A stretch of 64,000 nucleotides of DNA from Raillietiella orientalis (lineage: Eukaryota). The notes beneath the pieces are model-generated. The model ran no database searches. It saw nothing but the letters and a program-made list of their open reading frames with translations, and was not told where the DNA came from. Location of the stretch: NCBI GenBank assembly GCA_036172245.1, contig JAYWIR010000030.1, forward strand, positions 558,001 to 622,000, read 5' to 3'. Made by a program: the position numbers and the translations under genes. Positions 10,661 to 27,218 of this stretch are shown here, piece by piece. Every line of letters starts with the position of its first letter. The stretch's first letter is position 1.

Positions 10661-13379
10661 ATTCAAACATCGCTCGAAAGAATTTTTCGTTCGGTGGCGC
10701 CGAGGCACCTATTAAGGAGAAACAGCCAACTTGGGGACCGAGTTCCCCGGGGCAGCGAAACGTTCATGGAGAAAGATCGCCGATACGCAGATCGGTCGCC
10801 GGGGAGGTCCGGAGCGGAAGGGAGGGGCGATGAATGAGCAGAAAGGGAGGGTAGGGACAGAGAAGGGAGTTATGGTCAGGATCTCTCCGTTCTTCCCGGA
10901 ACCGTCGCAGAATGCCGGTCAGTCACCTCCCTGGTGACTTCCTCCTCCCGGTGGGGCCGCAGCCGTCCTCGCGTAGGCGGCTGCGACGAGGGTGACCCCC
11001 CTTCGCTGCACCAAGAGATCGGATGCGCCCCACGAATCGGGACTGCGGCACGCGGTGCGGACGCATCAGGGCGCTGCGGCCACGGCGCCCGCCGCGCGCG
11101 GAGAATTGCCGCCGCAGATCGTTGGCGGTGTCCATCGTGTGCAGCAGCGCCGATGCCACAGTCCGTCGAGGGCACGGCAGTCCAATGAGAGGAGCGGGAA
11201 CGGCTCGATCCTCCCGCACCTCGGAGGATGCGGGGATGACCCCGGGGACGAGGTGGAGGCGCTGGTTGCACCGGTAACCCCGGTGCGAAAGCAGCACCGC
11301 TGCGTACTGCCACCCCAACAGGAACAAAGAGGTGTTCCAACGCAGAGGAGAGGCACCACGATGGCCTTCGAGACTCCGCCGCGGTTGTCCCTATGTGGAG
11401 GACGCAGACCAGGAAGAGCGAAAGACCCGGTCTGCCGGGCAGCTCGGGAACCTCGTCCTCGGATGGCCAGGGTCCGGGGAGAGGCACCACGACGCCTTCA
11501 GAGGTTCGAAGCAGCCTCTTCGCCTGGGAAAAAGGAGTAGCAGCTTCCAGCAGCTCGATCGTCCTCCATTGTCACTCCTGCCGTCCGGGAGCTTCTCAAC
11601 TCCCGTAGTGGTGCGAGAAGACTTTCTCCCCGCTGGTTAGCAGCTGCCTCTGCCTGCCCTTCGGGCAGATGGGGCTGTGTCAAGATTTGTGGGGGCCAGA
11701 CGGGTCCCCGTCTTCCTGTCCTGCAAGACCTGGTCCAAGGGATGGCTCAGGAGACATCTCAGAAGATCAAGTTCTCCCGAGCGCGTTTCCAGCCCAGGAC
11801 ACAACCGCCTCCTGCGGCCAGAATTCAGACTTCTACAGCAGGGAGGCAGGAGATCCATTGTTAGGCTTCTAGGAGATAGGAAAGTTGTCTCGGTGGAATC
11901 CTACATCCTATATCGAAAGCGTGGCAGCAACGGAAGCAGCCTTTTTCTGACGTGTCATCTCTGAGGGATGAGGTGTGCAGGTGCACAGCACGGGGAAGTC
12001 CACAGCTTAGCACAGAGAGCCAGTTGTCGGAACTGAACCTGCAGTGCAGCATCAGGATGCATCTTTTTCGGGGTCAGGATGGCCAAGACAGCATCCTGGA
12101 AAGGAGGCCTCATATCTTTAAGGCAGATCCTGGACCTTGCAGCTTCCCACAGGGATTTTCTTGGGAGAAATCGACGCCGAGTTGGGTGTATCAAGGGTTT
12201 CGAGTTCCCCCGCAAGAGGACACCCGGATCGCAACGCGTTTGGGGTGTGAATCGGCAAAACGCGCTCACTTCCTCGGACGGTGACTTGCTGGAAATTGGG
12301 AGTGGACCCTTCGGGACTCCTCCCGGGATAAGAGTGGTCGTTTGGGAGTTACTCCTCCCCGCTTTACGTGCACCTCGGGTCGCGTGGCAATGGAAGAGCC
12401 TTGTGAGCTCCCATGTGGCGATGTCGCCGAGCCGCTCCGACGTTTCCTTGGCATGAGGCAACAGTTCTTTAGTATTCAGCAAAGCAAAAGAAGAAGAAGA
12501 AAAAAAACGTTAAAAAAAATGAAAAGCTGGAAGGACGCGGAGGGCAGTAGAAAGAAATCAGAATTTCATCATCCTTGAGCCAATAACAACGATCTCCTAC
12601 TTGGCTTTTTTTTTTAAAAAAAAAAAAAAAAACTGATGAGAATTGACCTTTGGGCCATGTTTCGAATCGAAGTATGAAAGAATGAATTACGCATAGATTA
12701 AGCCCTAAAGGCACCTATCAACACTCCTGAATCCTGAAAACCAAAACACACACGTGCGCACACAGCTGCACGATTCGTGTCGAAAACCTGCCGCAGACGT
12801 CAGGAGAGTTTCACGAAAAACCCGTGACGCTTTCTTTCTCCCTGCCCCAAGTCCGAATTCCACCTGCCCCCGCCTCCGGTAGGCAGTCTGTCCCTACAAA
12901 ACGTCCGTTGGCCGTGTTCCTCATTGCAACACTCGAATTTCGAATCTTTCAGGCACCACAAGCACGAGTGTACGTAGTCGAATCTCCATCAATGCGTCGT
13001 TTCTACTGAGAAGGCGTACACAGAAAGGACGTACACAATGTCACCTTAGCGGAAATGCGCTCGCCCTACCCAAAAGGGCTACATCATCATTGTTCAAAGC
13101 GCTTCCTGTACTGGGGAGTGTTTCATCTTGGGTCCACCCTACTGCACTTTCACTTTGCTTCCCTCCTCATTCTTTTGGGATCAATTTCTCGAAATTGGCG
13201 TCCATTTTCATTGTGTTTCCAATCTGAATCGATGCCCGTTTCTATGCAGCTTCTAATATTGTCTGATGGTTGTCTCCATCCTAGCAGATGAAGGATTCCT
13301 CAGAATTTCCAAGCTGCAGTGTATATGTATTGGAAGAGGGGGGGGGAGGTACTGTATTGTACTGTGCATTGTTCATTGG

Positions 13380-13750
13380 GGTATGGGAATGTATCCTCGA
13401 ACTGCTCAAGTTGCAGGATTATCGAATCGTTTCAGCACCTGTTGTTGGACTGCTGTGCCCTCCAAGGACTGTGGTGGAAGCTGGCTTCATTGCTCCTGCA
13501 CCCGGAGGACACCCCCAAGGATTGCTGCGGCCATTCTTCCTTAGCGCCCAGCGGACTCCCAGCAAACGACGTGATCGCATGTTTTGTTGCATCCGCGCTC
13601 CATCGTGACCGCCCGGCACATGCTGAAGTTTCTGGCACGGCGACGGGAGAACACTCGCATCACAGCCTCTTCCCTGAGGACTGCAGCAATGGGGTCCATC
13701 TGTACGAAGATCAAGGAGATCGCTTGCAGCTTCCAGAGTGACGAGGTGTA
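13380..13750 (+). mobile_element. LINE C-terminal zinc-binding (zf-RVT) fragment
   Basis: NCSSCRIIESFQHLLLDCCALQGLWWKL fits the CxxC...E...HL...C......W pattern. Confidence 0.65.
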
Positions 13751-14919
13751 GGCGCTCATCACACTGCGACCAAAGAGCACACTTCGTGCTCCCACTTTGG
13801 AAGGAGCACCGAAGCGCCCAAACAGAGGGAAGAAACCATCGGTTCTTCGGAGAGGACACTCAGAAGTTCTCCGCTGGTCAAGTTGGTAAATGCCGCCACT
13901 CCACGAATTGGGGTGGCAGCGTCCACTAGCTCTCTCGTCTTCCAGCCATCTAGGACTGTGTTTTCTTCCGCAGTGATGCAGAGCTCTCACCTCTCCTATG
14001 GGAGAAGCTGTCGCTGCTTGCGCTGAACGCTGCAGTAAGAGGTGTGATTTCCAGACGGGACCACTTGGTCCAATTCTGCAGGATATCTTCCAGGGAATGA
14101 TTCAGGAAAGATCGCAAAGGAAGAATTTCCTCTGGGAGCACTTCCAGAGTTGCAGTGATCATGGCTGAGTTAAAGGGTGGTGAGCGGGAATTGCGGGAAT
14201 CTTAACTTCTGGTGTGGAGGCACCTCTTCCTGCGTTGCGACGTATAGAAAGGAGCGGGCAGAACGAGGGATTGTCCTTACCAAGTCCCGGATCCACAAAT
14301 CCGATGAACCACATGAGCTGCTGACTATGGTGGGATCGTTTAGAGTGTGGCAGTTTCGAATGGCGCAAAGAACGAGAAGTTTGACGAGTCATATAATTTG
14401 TCTGAACTCATCTCTAATTAATCCCGGAGAGGAAGCCAGGAAGCACCTGAACACCTTGGTTTTTTCGCCACGGCAAACCCTGCCATCCAAATTGGTTAAA
14501 CCCTTTAGAATTAATCCCAGGCTCCTCCACGAAATCCGAGACATAACACGTAGTGAACCTACTCCACGTGGTGAGGAAGGATCAATGAGCTGTCCCGACT
14601 TCCTGGTAACGTTTCTCATGAAACCGCACTTTGGCAGTCTTGAAAAGGCATTCGTTGTTCTGGACCACAGGGAAACTTCAATAAGAGTTTCACTTCATAG
14701 TGAAAGTGTCTGTTTCATAGTCCATAAAGTGTGGAGCTTTCTCTCTTCGGCTTTTGCGGCTTAAACACTTCAGCTGACTGCGGCTTGTTGCTGAAGCGTC
14801 CAGAGTGTCGAGTACGCTGCGCCAATAAGCAAAGATAAAAAGGACCTGTGAAGAAAGATGAAATGATCCTGAACTGCTAAAGGAAAGTGGTGATAAAGGG
14901 AAAACGAATGCTCTATTTT

Positions 14920-15790
14920 TGGTGAACTCCCAGACGAATGCAACAACGGGTTTCAAAGCAAAGAGTCAGTCGCCAGTAGGATGCCAACAAGCTGGGATCA
15001 AAGTCCTCGCGAAACGCTGAGCGTTAACGAAGAATGTATTTCGCAGGACCGTTACGAATGAAGGCTTGGTACAAGGCAAGGAAGAATGGAGAATGTGGAT
15101 GCTCGACGGGACAACGGCGAAGAGCTGCCTGGACTGTATGACGATGACGTAGCATGCCTAAGAAAGATGCACTCAAGAGGGCATCGCGGCTGTGTCGAAA
15201 GGGATGTTTCCATAGTAAATGAGAGCCAGTCGCCAGTTGATTCCAGTTAGTAAATTCGTATGCGCTAAGCTCTCTCGAAGACCAAATCGCTGCTGCGTGC
15301 TGAACACGAGGAAAGAACTTTCAAGGTTTATGAAAATCGCAGAAACTCGAGCACGTCCGAGAAGTGCAGATGCTGCATCTCTCCTCAGTGCGCAGACAAT
15401 GAAAAATGCTCGTCGACGTTAAACTCATTCGAATCCCAACTGAAACATCCTTATCAGTGTTTACCGGTAAGGGAATGAGAACCCTGATTTCCAGGACGAA
15501 AGCCAGTGAGTGGTGGAAGACCGGCTTACAAGGAGTGCAAGTCCTCCTGCAACAGGCAGGTAAGAGAATGATCAAATGTTTTAGAATTTTCCGGCTCGCG
15601 TGGACGACGATGACCCAATGTACCGAAGAGCTGCGAGCAGCCCTCAGTCATTTGATGATAGCTCGTCGAAAAGCAGGTAGGCGGAAAGAGCAAGCTGGAT
15701 GTCGGGCAATAGTTGGGATGAGAGACACAAATCATGAACAGACCCGTGTTCAGTTCAGTTTAGCAGTTCATCAAAAAGGGTTAGCATCGA
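14920..15790 (+). pseudogene. decayed, unidentified coding-like sequence
   Basis: One frame reads protein-like for ~200 codons (GELPDECNNGFQSKESVASRMPTSWDQSPRETLSVNEECISQDRYE*RLG...) with scattered stops, mostly TGA; no family recognised. Confidence 0.25.
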
Positions 15791-18035
15791 TGACTTGAGA
15801 AAAAATTGCAGATCACTAATTTCTCCGTTTCAGCGACAGAGACGGGTTATGACCTGCGTCAGGACATTTCATTTGTAGTGTTTCAGTCTGCTAGACTACT
15901 GTGGCTAGCGGTGCGATTTCCGTACAGAAAGTCTTATGGGGTCATGCCACTCCGATAGTCAACGTAGTTTCCTTGATTTGGGGAAATGCGACTTGATTTT
16001 ACCTCGATCCACACTTTGTGGAAGCAAAAATCTTTCCTTGCCTAGTTGATGCTGCGACCTATCATCAAGCTTTAGAGGTGTAGAATGAAGCTCACTGCCA
16101 GTTTATGATGATGACTAGCTGATGTTTACCTTTACAATGAATGTCCTTCGTTCTACTGTGAATTTCTCGAACTCATAAGAGAGAAACGATTCCTTCATTA
16201 GAAAATATTTGTACAAGAGCATTCAAAACTCATCTTTTCATATAGACTGAAAACCTTATAATCTGTCTCCTTATTCATTTCTGCGATAAACAGTGCTGCG
16301 AAAACATGATCGCAGCTTCGTGGTCATAAATGGGTTGTATTTCACCACGAATAATCGGTCGGTACATAAAACAAATGAACCCATGAGTTAATTATGATTC
16401 ATTGATTAAATCAGTGATGATCCTGTATATGCCTCCTTTCAGTTTTACATACATATTTTGCATGTCGTTTCTATTTATGCTAGCTCAGTTCCCAGTTGTT
16501 AGATAATAATCAACGAAACGTAAGCATTTATATCATCTTTAGCACCTAAACTCATGAGTAACACTGAGGAGATTGCGACTCCTGCATCTCTTAAAGATGC
16601 TGCTAAACTGGAAGAAATGAAGCAAAATCAATCCACCCTCCGAAGTGGCCGTTCAAATTTGTTGTTCTCTTCAATCCAATATTCGAAATTTGATGCAAGC
16701 AACACAGCTTTATAAGCATCCATAGCACGAAACAGAAGACGATGAGCAAAAACCTTATTTCGCAAAGAAGGGCAGCATCAAGTCTTGGAGACCAATATAC
16801 ACCAATTGACAGACTAATCTCATGAACTGCTGATCTCCGCATAGACGACGCTCTGAAAGTGGACCTACTTCCACAAGGATGCAAATGTTATCTTCGCAAG
16901 TTGCACGGAAAGGAGACTCTATCAACCACATTCAGATGGAAAACTAATCAGCATTCATCGAACACTCGAAAATGAAGATCATGCTCTAGAAGTTTTCTAG
17001 AACACCTCGAGAATGAAATTGTATTCGAGCTCAAGTAGCACAGCAATATTAAACTTTTCAACATACTTGTAATGGCTGACTGTGAGTCTCTATGGTACGA
17101 TCATCTTGCAATCGTTGGATAAGGTCAACAAGACATCAACATCTATAAGGATTTGTCAGTTCAGATTGTCATACATCCTATCCTATAAAAATGCCCTATA
17201 ACTACAAAATAAAAGAAAATACTCTGCAGGACAGACATGGAAGGACTAAAGGATTAACCGTGTGATTAGTTCTTGATCGAAGTTCAATGAATATGAATAA
17301 GTCTTCAATAATCATATAAAATGAAGGGAATTTTTTTGTAAGGCGTTTGAATTTTTGATGATCAGGACATACCGAAAAAGATCTGTAACAGTTACTATGC
17401 AGTCATTTTATATCAATCATGTATCTGTAGCATGGTTTCCACATTACGAATGCTTTAATATAACTTTGGGAATCATTCCTTTTAAGATCATGTTTGGATG
17501 AATATGCAAAACATAAATTAATGATTCAAAGTGAAACAAAATGGAAAATTCGAAATAATTTTGTTTCTCTTTAGAGGATTGAAAGCTAATAATAAACAAT
17601 AGACAGAAATATCAAAACCTCTATGGCTTCACAAGAATGCTCACAGTATTCGAATTACCAAAAGGTAAGATGAAAATTTTAGCTAATAAAAATGTATTTA
17701 AAGAAGAGCACACCAGGAATCGATAGTTTATCAGATACGAAAAAAAAAATTGGAATAGATCCACAAATTCAAAGGTCGTACTCAACTGTAAAACTGATGT
17801 TTTATCCCGTGATCGCCAAGTAAGATGTCAATCCACCTGAGATGTTTCTTTCAATGCTATTTTCTATGCTATTAAAGATCACTGAAAAAGCACTCACTAC
17901 GAGGAATTTTTTCTCAGTAGTAACGTGTCTTTGTGATCACACTCGATTATACGATGGGCACAAGATGTTCTTGAAAAGAATAACTTTGGTAATCTTACAA
18001 AACTGAGGTTTTTGAATAGGTATGTATGTGTAGAA

Positions 18036-18100
18036 ATTGAATGAATGTGTGAATGTTTGAAGAATGTGTGAAGAATGAATGAATGTGTGAAGTGAATGTT
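18036..18100. repeat. degenerate (TGAA/TGTG)n low-complexity repeat
   Basis: TGAATGAATGTGTGAATGTTTGAAGAATGTGTGAAGAATGAATGAATGTGTGAAGTGAATG. Confidence 0.8.
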
Positions 18101-18611
18101 CATTGTTTTAAGAAAGGAGATCACTACTCTAGTAAAGATGTTTCCTTCAGAGCCTCTTAATGGAAGCTCTCGTACGTTCTATGAGCTGCGATGATCATCT
18201 GAAAGTCATCTGCTCATACTTAACTTGAACTGTCTTGAAAATCTGCTATTTCAAAAACTTCTTTTTCGATGCGGTGTAGCCCAATATGGCTAAAAAAAAA
18301 AACACGTGATTAAAAAACCAATGAAAATTACATTGCTAGTAAATTTTTGAACACTCAGAACATCGAAACGCGAAAACTACTTTTTGTGAAGTGACTGGTA
18401 ATGATCACACTCCATTCTCAAAAATGTCAGCGAGCGTTTGCTGTGCAATCATACAGTGCAAGATCGTGAGCATACAAATGCATCCATGACTTTACACGCA
18501 AATAGTACTGATTTTGAGGGTCCGTGCCTCTAGAACCGAATTAGGTGGGAAAACATGGTTATTTGAAACTGAATTTATGCACGTAAATTACCTTAATTCA
18601 GAATATTAAAA

Positions 18612-20898
<2,287 letters not shown>

Positions 20899-21224
20899 GC
20901 TGACTTCAGTTGTTCTGTATCATGATGAAGGTGTTAACTGCATTTATGCAGCTCAGAATTAAAATGTTTTTCGAGGGGATCACACCCTTCATAAATATGC
21001 AAACTGTGAATTTTCTATAACATGCACTTATCTACCCATGTATCTTCATTTGCTATGGCAGTGAACACATCTAGAACTTTTGTGACTGACACACTGTGAG
21101 CCTCATGAAAGATGTATCATTTAACAGCACTTTATGCATGTTTCAGTAGCCATGGAGAAACAAACTGAAACAGCATTTTATCACTGCTTGGAGTAAGTTA
21201 AGGGAAATCTATACTCAGATTTTT

Positions 21225-21230
21225 AATAAA
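21225..21230 (+). promoter_or_regulatory. candidate polyadenylation signal (AATAAA) of CSN2
   Basis: AATAAA ~330 nt after the CSN2 stop codon; a variant ATTAAA also lies at ~20958. Confidence 0.4.
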
Positions 21231-21549
21231 CTGGTAATATTGCCCCTGCTTACAGGTAGAGGTTATGGCCATATTATCGATTAGCAAGGAAGTAACACCC
21301 TCTTGAACAAGTTATAATTGCTTCTTTTTCATGTTTAAAGTATGCAGATTACTGACGTTTTAAGCCCATTTTTACTTCGTTGTGGGATCAGACAGTGGAA
21401 CCGATACGACAGTAGTGCCCCTTGTTGTATCTTCCTTGTAACAAAAACTTTTTATTCTTAACTTTATTCTTGCAAAGGTTCTCTCACCTGTTCACTCTGA
21501 AGCGTTTATTTACAAAAAGTCGATAAGCATGTAACATAGGGGCGATTTC

Positions 21550-24000
21550 CTGGCATCAGACTCCAGGCTCCACGGCCTAGTTTGTCAGTTGCATCGAAGA
21601 CCGGTATGAAGGAGAAGAAATGGGAACATAGCGTTCTAGTTTACGCGCGCTATATCTTGCAATGCATGCCCTTCCTTGGGTGCCAACGCTGCTCCATGGT
21701 TTGATGATCAGTATTCGAATGCAGCATAGTATCACGATCGGATTTGCAACCTAGTCCAATGGGTAAAAAGCAACTCCATAGTAGCTCCTTCGGTACGGCC
21801 TCTGGGTGCATGCGGACTTTCCGATTAGGAGGAAACTACTGCTCAATGACAGGCGCTAAACGATTCGATCTCTCTGCATCCCGCTCATTTCGGATGCACT
21901 CTCTCCATGCAGCAGTGCTGGCGTTGACTGCACCAGAGCCCCCAAGGCAACAAGAGCATCTCCATGTGCCGGCAGCTCAGAAGTAGCAGTAACTGAAGGG
22001 TCCCTAGTCCCTCCGTTAGATGCTTAGGGGGAGCTCTGCCCACCATAGCGCACCTTGGATGCAATTACCACATATGGCCGTGTTGGCCAGCTGACCACCG
22101 ACCACCCTCTGGAAGCCTATTCTTTCCTGAGACTTAAGTAAGAACTTCCACTTTGCTTGTAAGTTGCCATACCCCTCACAAAGGGAGGACAGCTGTGAGG
22201 CTAGAGATGTGTCGGTGGATTGGGTTCATTTCCTCGTGTCCTGCTCGATCTCTTCCAGGAGGACTGCCAAGGTATGGAGCAGGGCGGAGCAACTATGGAC
22301 TGTGGTGAATGTCCAGATATCCACTGCCTCCTGTCCCCAGACACGGTGCTTGACGGAGCAGCGGGGATCCATGAGCGTTCTTTCCGATCCAAATGCCTCA
22401 ATAGGGAGCCTAAGGGTTTCTGTCGGATGAGGCTGTGGAAGAACGATATCAAATCCTCATAGCCAATAGCAGGCTAGAGGATTTTGCTTGCGGGAAAGTG
22501 ATAGACCAGCAGTGTGCGTCCCACTGCTAGTCTATCAGGACTAAGCTTTGAATTGGAGCTGAGGTTTCATCCTTTCCAGCATCAGGATTGCAGGTCCTTA
22601 ATGTCCTTGATGTAGGGACAACAAACAGACCTTAGGCCTTAGGATGCCCCACAGGATTTTACACAAGAGGTCCTCCGTTTGTCATTTCGCCTACAGGATT
22701 GAGATCAAACAGAAATCAGGAAGCAAAAGAGAGGAGACACAACGAAGATGTTCCATCCTGAGGACGGTTCTGGAAAAAAGAGATTGAAGTCTAGTAGAAG
22801 ATCCCATGTACTTTCCATCTTCTCAAGGTAGCCAGACTGAACTTGTGCTGCGCACAAATTATCCAGCGATAAGTCAGGCTAACTGGAGTCGTGGAAATCC
22901 CCCTGGGATCCAGTCCGATTGCCCCTTGCATGAAGGTTCTGCTGTGGCGACCGTGAACTTCCTGTTGATGAACAGGACCTCCTCGCAACGGATCCGCTCG
23001 ATGAACTATTCGAGAGATGCCACCACTAATGTGAACACGGACAGCAGGAAAAGCAGGTTTCCAGATCGAATTTCTACCTCTGACATGCAGTGGTAGACGT
23101 CGGTAGGTTGAAGATGGTTAATATACCAGACAGATGCGCGCTCAGAGATGACTCAAAGTAGATGCTGAACATCCCAGGACCTAAGACTGCTTCCTCGCTC
23201 GATTTCTCTCCTCAACAGCACATCTTACACGTGGCAGCCGCCGAAACAAATATTTATTAGAATATGGCATCAAAGCGGGCGACAATACTCCAAAGTGGAG
23301 GAAAGACTCTTCAGAAGGCACTCCAGAAGCTCCCAAAGGACTTCCTAATTAACTAAGTAGAGCTCTCTTCGCAGATCAACTTCAAAGGTCTCAGGATCCT
23401 TCAAAGGTCTCTCCCTATTTATGGCCTCTTTGTTCCAAACCCCTTTGGTAGCTCAACCTGATGTTATTGTCGAAGCCAGGTCTGTACAAAGAAGGTTGGA
23501 CTGTGTTTCGTCCAGGAAAAGCATAGGTCCGTTCCATTCGATCATGGAGCCCTCCACTCACCTAAGGAGTGTAGCGCACTGTTTGGAGGGCAGCTTGATG
23601 TCCGAAGTCGCTACGGTGATCGGTTACCAGTTTTCTCGGCTGCTCTGCTCTTCTCCTTTAAGAAGACATGCTCGACGACTGGAATAAGTGCTTTGCCTCT
23701 TCTCGGATCAGCTTAGCTAATTGCGACACTGGTAAGAGAAGTGCTCAGCTCTGTGGTGAGACATAGGCAAAGTTCCACGAGCAAGCCATCCTCTTCAGGA
23801 TCTGCTCACCTTTTGAGCTCTTTATCATGATTTCTTCCGCTGTGGAAGGCTCGTAGAGGGTTACGCCTAACCTTTCATCAATCAAGGCAGCCCTTTTCAA
23901 CAGAAGCCTCGTGAAAAGATTAGAACAAAGATTCCTGCATTCAAGCATAAATGCACAACTCTTACACCTGGAGTTACACCTTGAGTAGGATCGTGCAAAA
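21550..24000 (-). mobile_element. decayed L1/Tx1-type LINE ORF2 (reverse transcriptase region)
   Basis: GC-elevated block inside AT-rich DNA. The minus strand gives EPSTAEEIMIKS... and LLKGEEQSSRENW*PITVATSDIKLPSKQCATLLR..., followed after a frameshift by YAFPGRN, matching the RT motif K.G....NWRPI.L...DYK...K..A.RL...GF..GR. Many stops and frameshifts. Confidence 0.7.
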
Positions 24001-26970
24001 CTTTCGTTGATTATTCTTTGGGAGTGGGCAAATTGAAACTTAGAAGTGGAATTTCAGGTATCAGAGACTGTCCAGATATGATGACAATATTCAATACTTT
24101 CCAAATATTGAATAATTGCCGATTTTCAAATGTCAATGCCATTTTGGAGATAGCCGTGTACCGGATACCATAATTTACGGTAACACTGCAGGATTAGAAA
24201 AACGCACGTTTCTTCTGCAACTGCAGTGTATTTATTCAAAAAGAGTTGTAATTTCTATAGTGCTATTGATTGAGGTCAAGATTCTCAAGAGAGACATGCT
24301 ATATTTCAAAGTAACTTCATGTACAAAGCATTTAGTCGTTATTTTGTATACAATGCTAAGGAAGCATCTCGATTTCATTTGAATGAATGGAGATTCACTT
24401 TGCATTTATAAGGGCAATTTTATTTTTGTTGAAGAAGTGATCCAATTTGTTTCATGTTAGCATATCCATATGAGTAAACACACTGAAGTTCGTCGGATAA
24501 CTTTATGAAATACAAAAATACGCAGTTCTAATGGCAACACTGAAAAATTAATAACTGCAAAACGAGAAATATTCGTTATCAATAAAAAAAAAATTTCCTC
24601 TGCATTCGCGTTTTAAAACTTGAGCAAATAATTAGAGAATGCGGTGAAACTGAAATCAAGGGAGTTGCAAGCTAATCGAAATGAAAGAGAAATCAGCCTA
24701 AGATGAAACTGAATTTCATCACTATTTTCTGAAATTCTTCCCCCACAGCTTGAATATCTCATGTATTCAAATTGATATAAAGCAAACAAAAGAAGCCTAG
24801 GACTCCTTTATGAATTAGTTTAATCGAATATTCAATGAGTGCTTCACATGAGCGACTCGTTCCTGTGGACTCGAAAGTACTAGCCTAGGGGAATAAAGCA
24901 AGGTTTCCTCCGAATCGCGAATTTTAAGCGAATAGCGTAAAAGAACTGATGTAGGACATGCAACACTTCGAGAAGAGGTGAGACTTAAATCCAAACATTA
25001 CAAAATTATTATTATAGAGCATTATTTTATTTGTCATCACGAATGGGGGTCCAAGAATGTATTTTCATCTCCGTATTCAAGGATTTAAAAGCTATAAATG
25101 AGACGTATCAATAAAGCATTCTGAATGCAATAACTCCAAGTCTGACTAGCGATTCCCACATTATAAGAACATTACTATTATAAGAACACATCAATAAAAG
25201 GAGCAACATCACTGCTAAAGTTTTCAAGTAAACCACGGAAGTTTTCTTTTATTGAAATCATAATGTTGTCTGTTTTCGATCTATGCTCTGTCATATGCAA
25301 AATGCTTCCGCAGTCAAAACGAAAAGCAGAGATTCTTCTGAATTCATTGCTATTGAAGTGTTATTGCACCTCTCGGATTATTGGTGGGGAAATACGTCAG
25401 CTAATTAAGCAATTCCTTGCGATGACATCATCTTTTGCATTATGACCGCATTCTGATTATAGAATGTAACGGAATTCTACCACTGAGCTAGAGTAAGTGC
25501 ATCTACTTATCATAAGAAACAACAAATCATACTTCATGAGGATCTTTGAAGCATCACGAAACGAAAATTTGAAAATAGCAATAAAAGAAGGTGGAAAATT
25601 AAAGAATGGCAAAGAATTTCAGTAAAGTATGTCTTCTACAGCTCAGATACCGTGGTATTATCATAATCTCTTATTTCAAGCTGTATCATTGAAAAACTCA
25701 TACTTCGAATCTTGAATGCCTCCCTTCATCAACTATATAAAAATTCAGATGTCAGCTGCTTGTGGAAAGTCTCAAATGTCTTTGGGACCTCAGCGTGCTA
25801 GAGGAAAGAAAGTGCGAGGTGGTTTGCAGAACTTCACAGTCTGATGCTCTTCAACTTGACGTTTCTTCGGATTCGTCGAAAGTGGAAAGCAGCCATAACA
25901 GACGGATCGTTCAATGAGGAGAGAAATAGAATGAGGCATTGCAGTACACGGCACTTCTTGAACGGTTTGCAGATAAATTCTCCCAACCTCAAGTACCTAC
26001 TTCCACAGAGATTATTCCGACTAGAACTTTCATGGATGATCGTTGACTCAGTTTTTTTTCTAAAGATTAATGCAGTCGGGCACATAAGTGAAATCTGAAA
26101 ACATTGCAATTCATTATACTAAAAAAATTTTTCTTTGTAAAGGAATTACTAAGGATAATCATTTTGTGTAATCATTTTGTGTTCTGAATCCCACAGTTTT
26201 CAGTTGAATTAGACTGAAAAGTGTTTTGATCTTCTTTTCTTTTATAAACTCATTTATAAATAAGATAGCACAGTTGAACACACATATGTAAAATAGTCAT
26301 TAATACAATTATTTTTAAGCAGCTCACGATTTGCCATTAGCAGTTCTAAAAGCGAAAGCCTTTCAAAGTGAGATACTTGTGAGTCTATGCATTCGATGCT
26401 AAACAGCACATGTTTGCATCAATTCTTCAAGAGAAAAATAGAATATAAAGAGCGTTGCCATAAGAAATTATTATGACCAATTGAAAAGATAAAGCTGAAG
26501 TAACAAAGGTCTCAGCAGACGAATGGTAATGGTAAAAGAGAATATTACAAAATAAGTGCTTTAATAGTTGTCAGGAAGAACTAACGAGTGGATAAAAGTG
26601 TATGGGTGCTGAGTGCAGTTTTGCACACGGATGAGAAACAACAAAAAAGCAGTGTGCTTTTGCAAAAAAGCTGATCTTCCAAATGATTACAAAACTTTGA
26701 CCAACATATAAACAAAACTTTGACTTTGTTTGCACTGGTCGACATGCATACTAAAAATAATCTCTTTTGCTTGGTAGCGGGATTTTTATCCGTTCCAGCA
26801 CAGTATTTAGGAAGGAATGGAATCCATAAGTCAAATAGGTTGCAAAGAATCAAGATAAAATGATACATAGGATCAAACAAAACAATCAAATCTCTCCCCC
26901 ACCCCCACCCCATCGACTCGAAGGCGATGGGGTCGGGGGGGGAGGGGAGAGACAAAGGGATAGATGGATA

Positions 26971-26992
26971 GAGAGAGAGAGAGAGAGAGAGA
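26971..26992. repeat. (GA)11 microsatellite
   Basis: Read directly from the sequence. Confidence 0.95.
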
Positions 26993-27218
26993 CAGCTAAG
27001 TAAGGTTTCCCAACAAAAAGTGAAATGGAAATAAGGAGTATTATCCTTCAAATTCCGTGCAGAAAACTATTTTTTTTCCTCTAGATATAACTGTTTTAAA
27101 TTAATGTTTCATGAACTCTGAAGCTAAGTTAGGATTAATACTTGCATCAGTAGTCAAATCTCTTATGGTCTGCACAAATTTACATATCTAAACCACCATC
27201 CAAAAAAAAAAAAACGAA

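Noticed and set aside
14035..15585. Apparent 20-28 nt micro-introns (GTAAGAGGTGTGATTTCCAG ~14035, GTAAGGGAATGAGAACCCTGATTTCCAG ~15467, GTAAGAGAATGATCAAATGTTTTAG ~15560)
   Set aside because: I could not splice them into a continuous stop-free frame or a recognisable protein; the region reads better as a decayed ORF.
16560..17150. Possible decayed LTR-retrotransposon pol fragment
   Set aside because: Only isolated 3-4 residue resemblances; not supportable without an HMM search.
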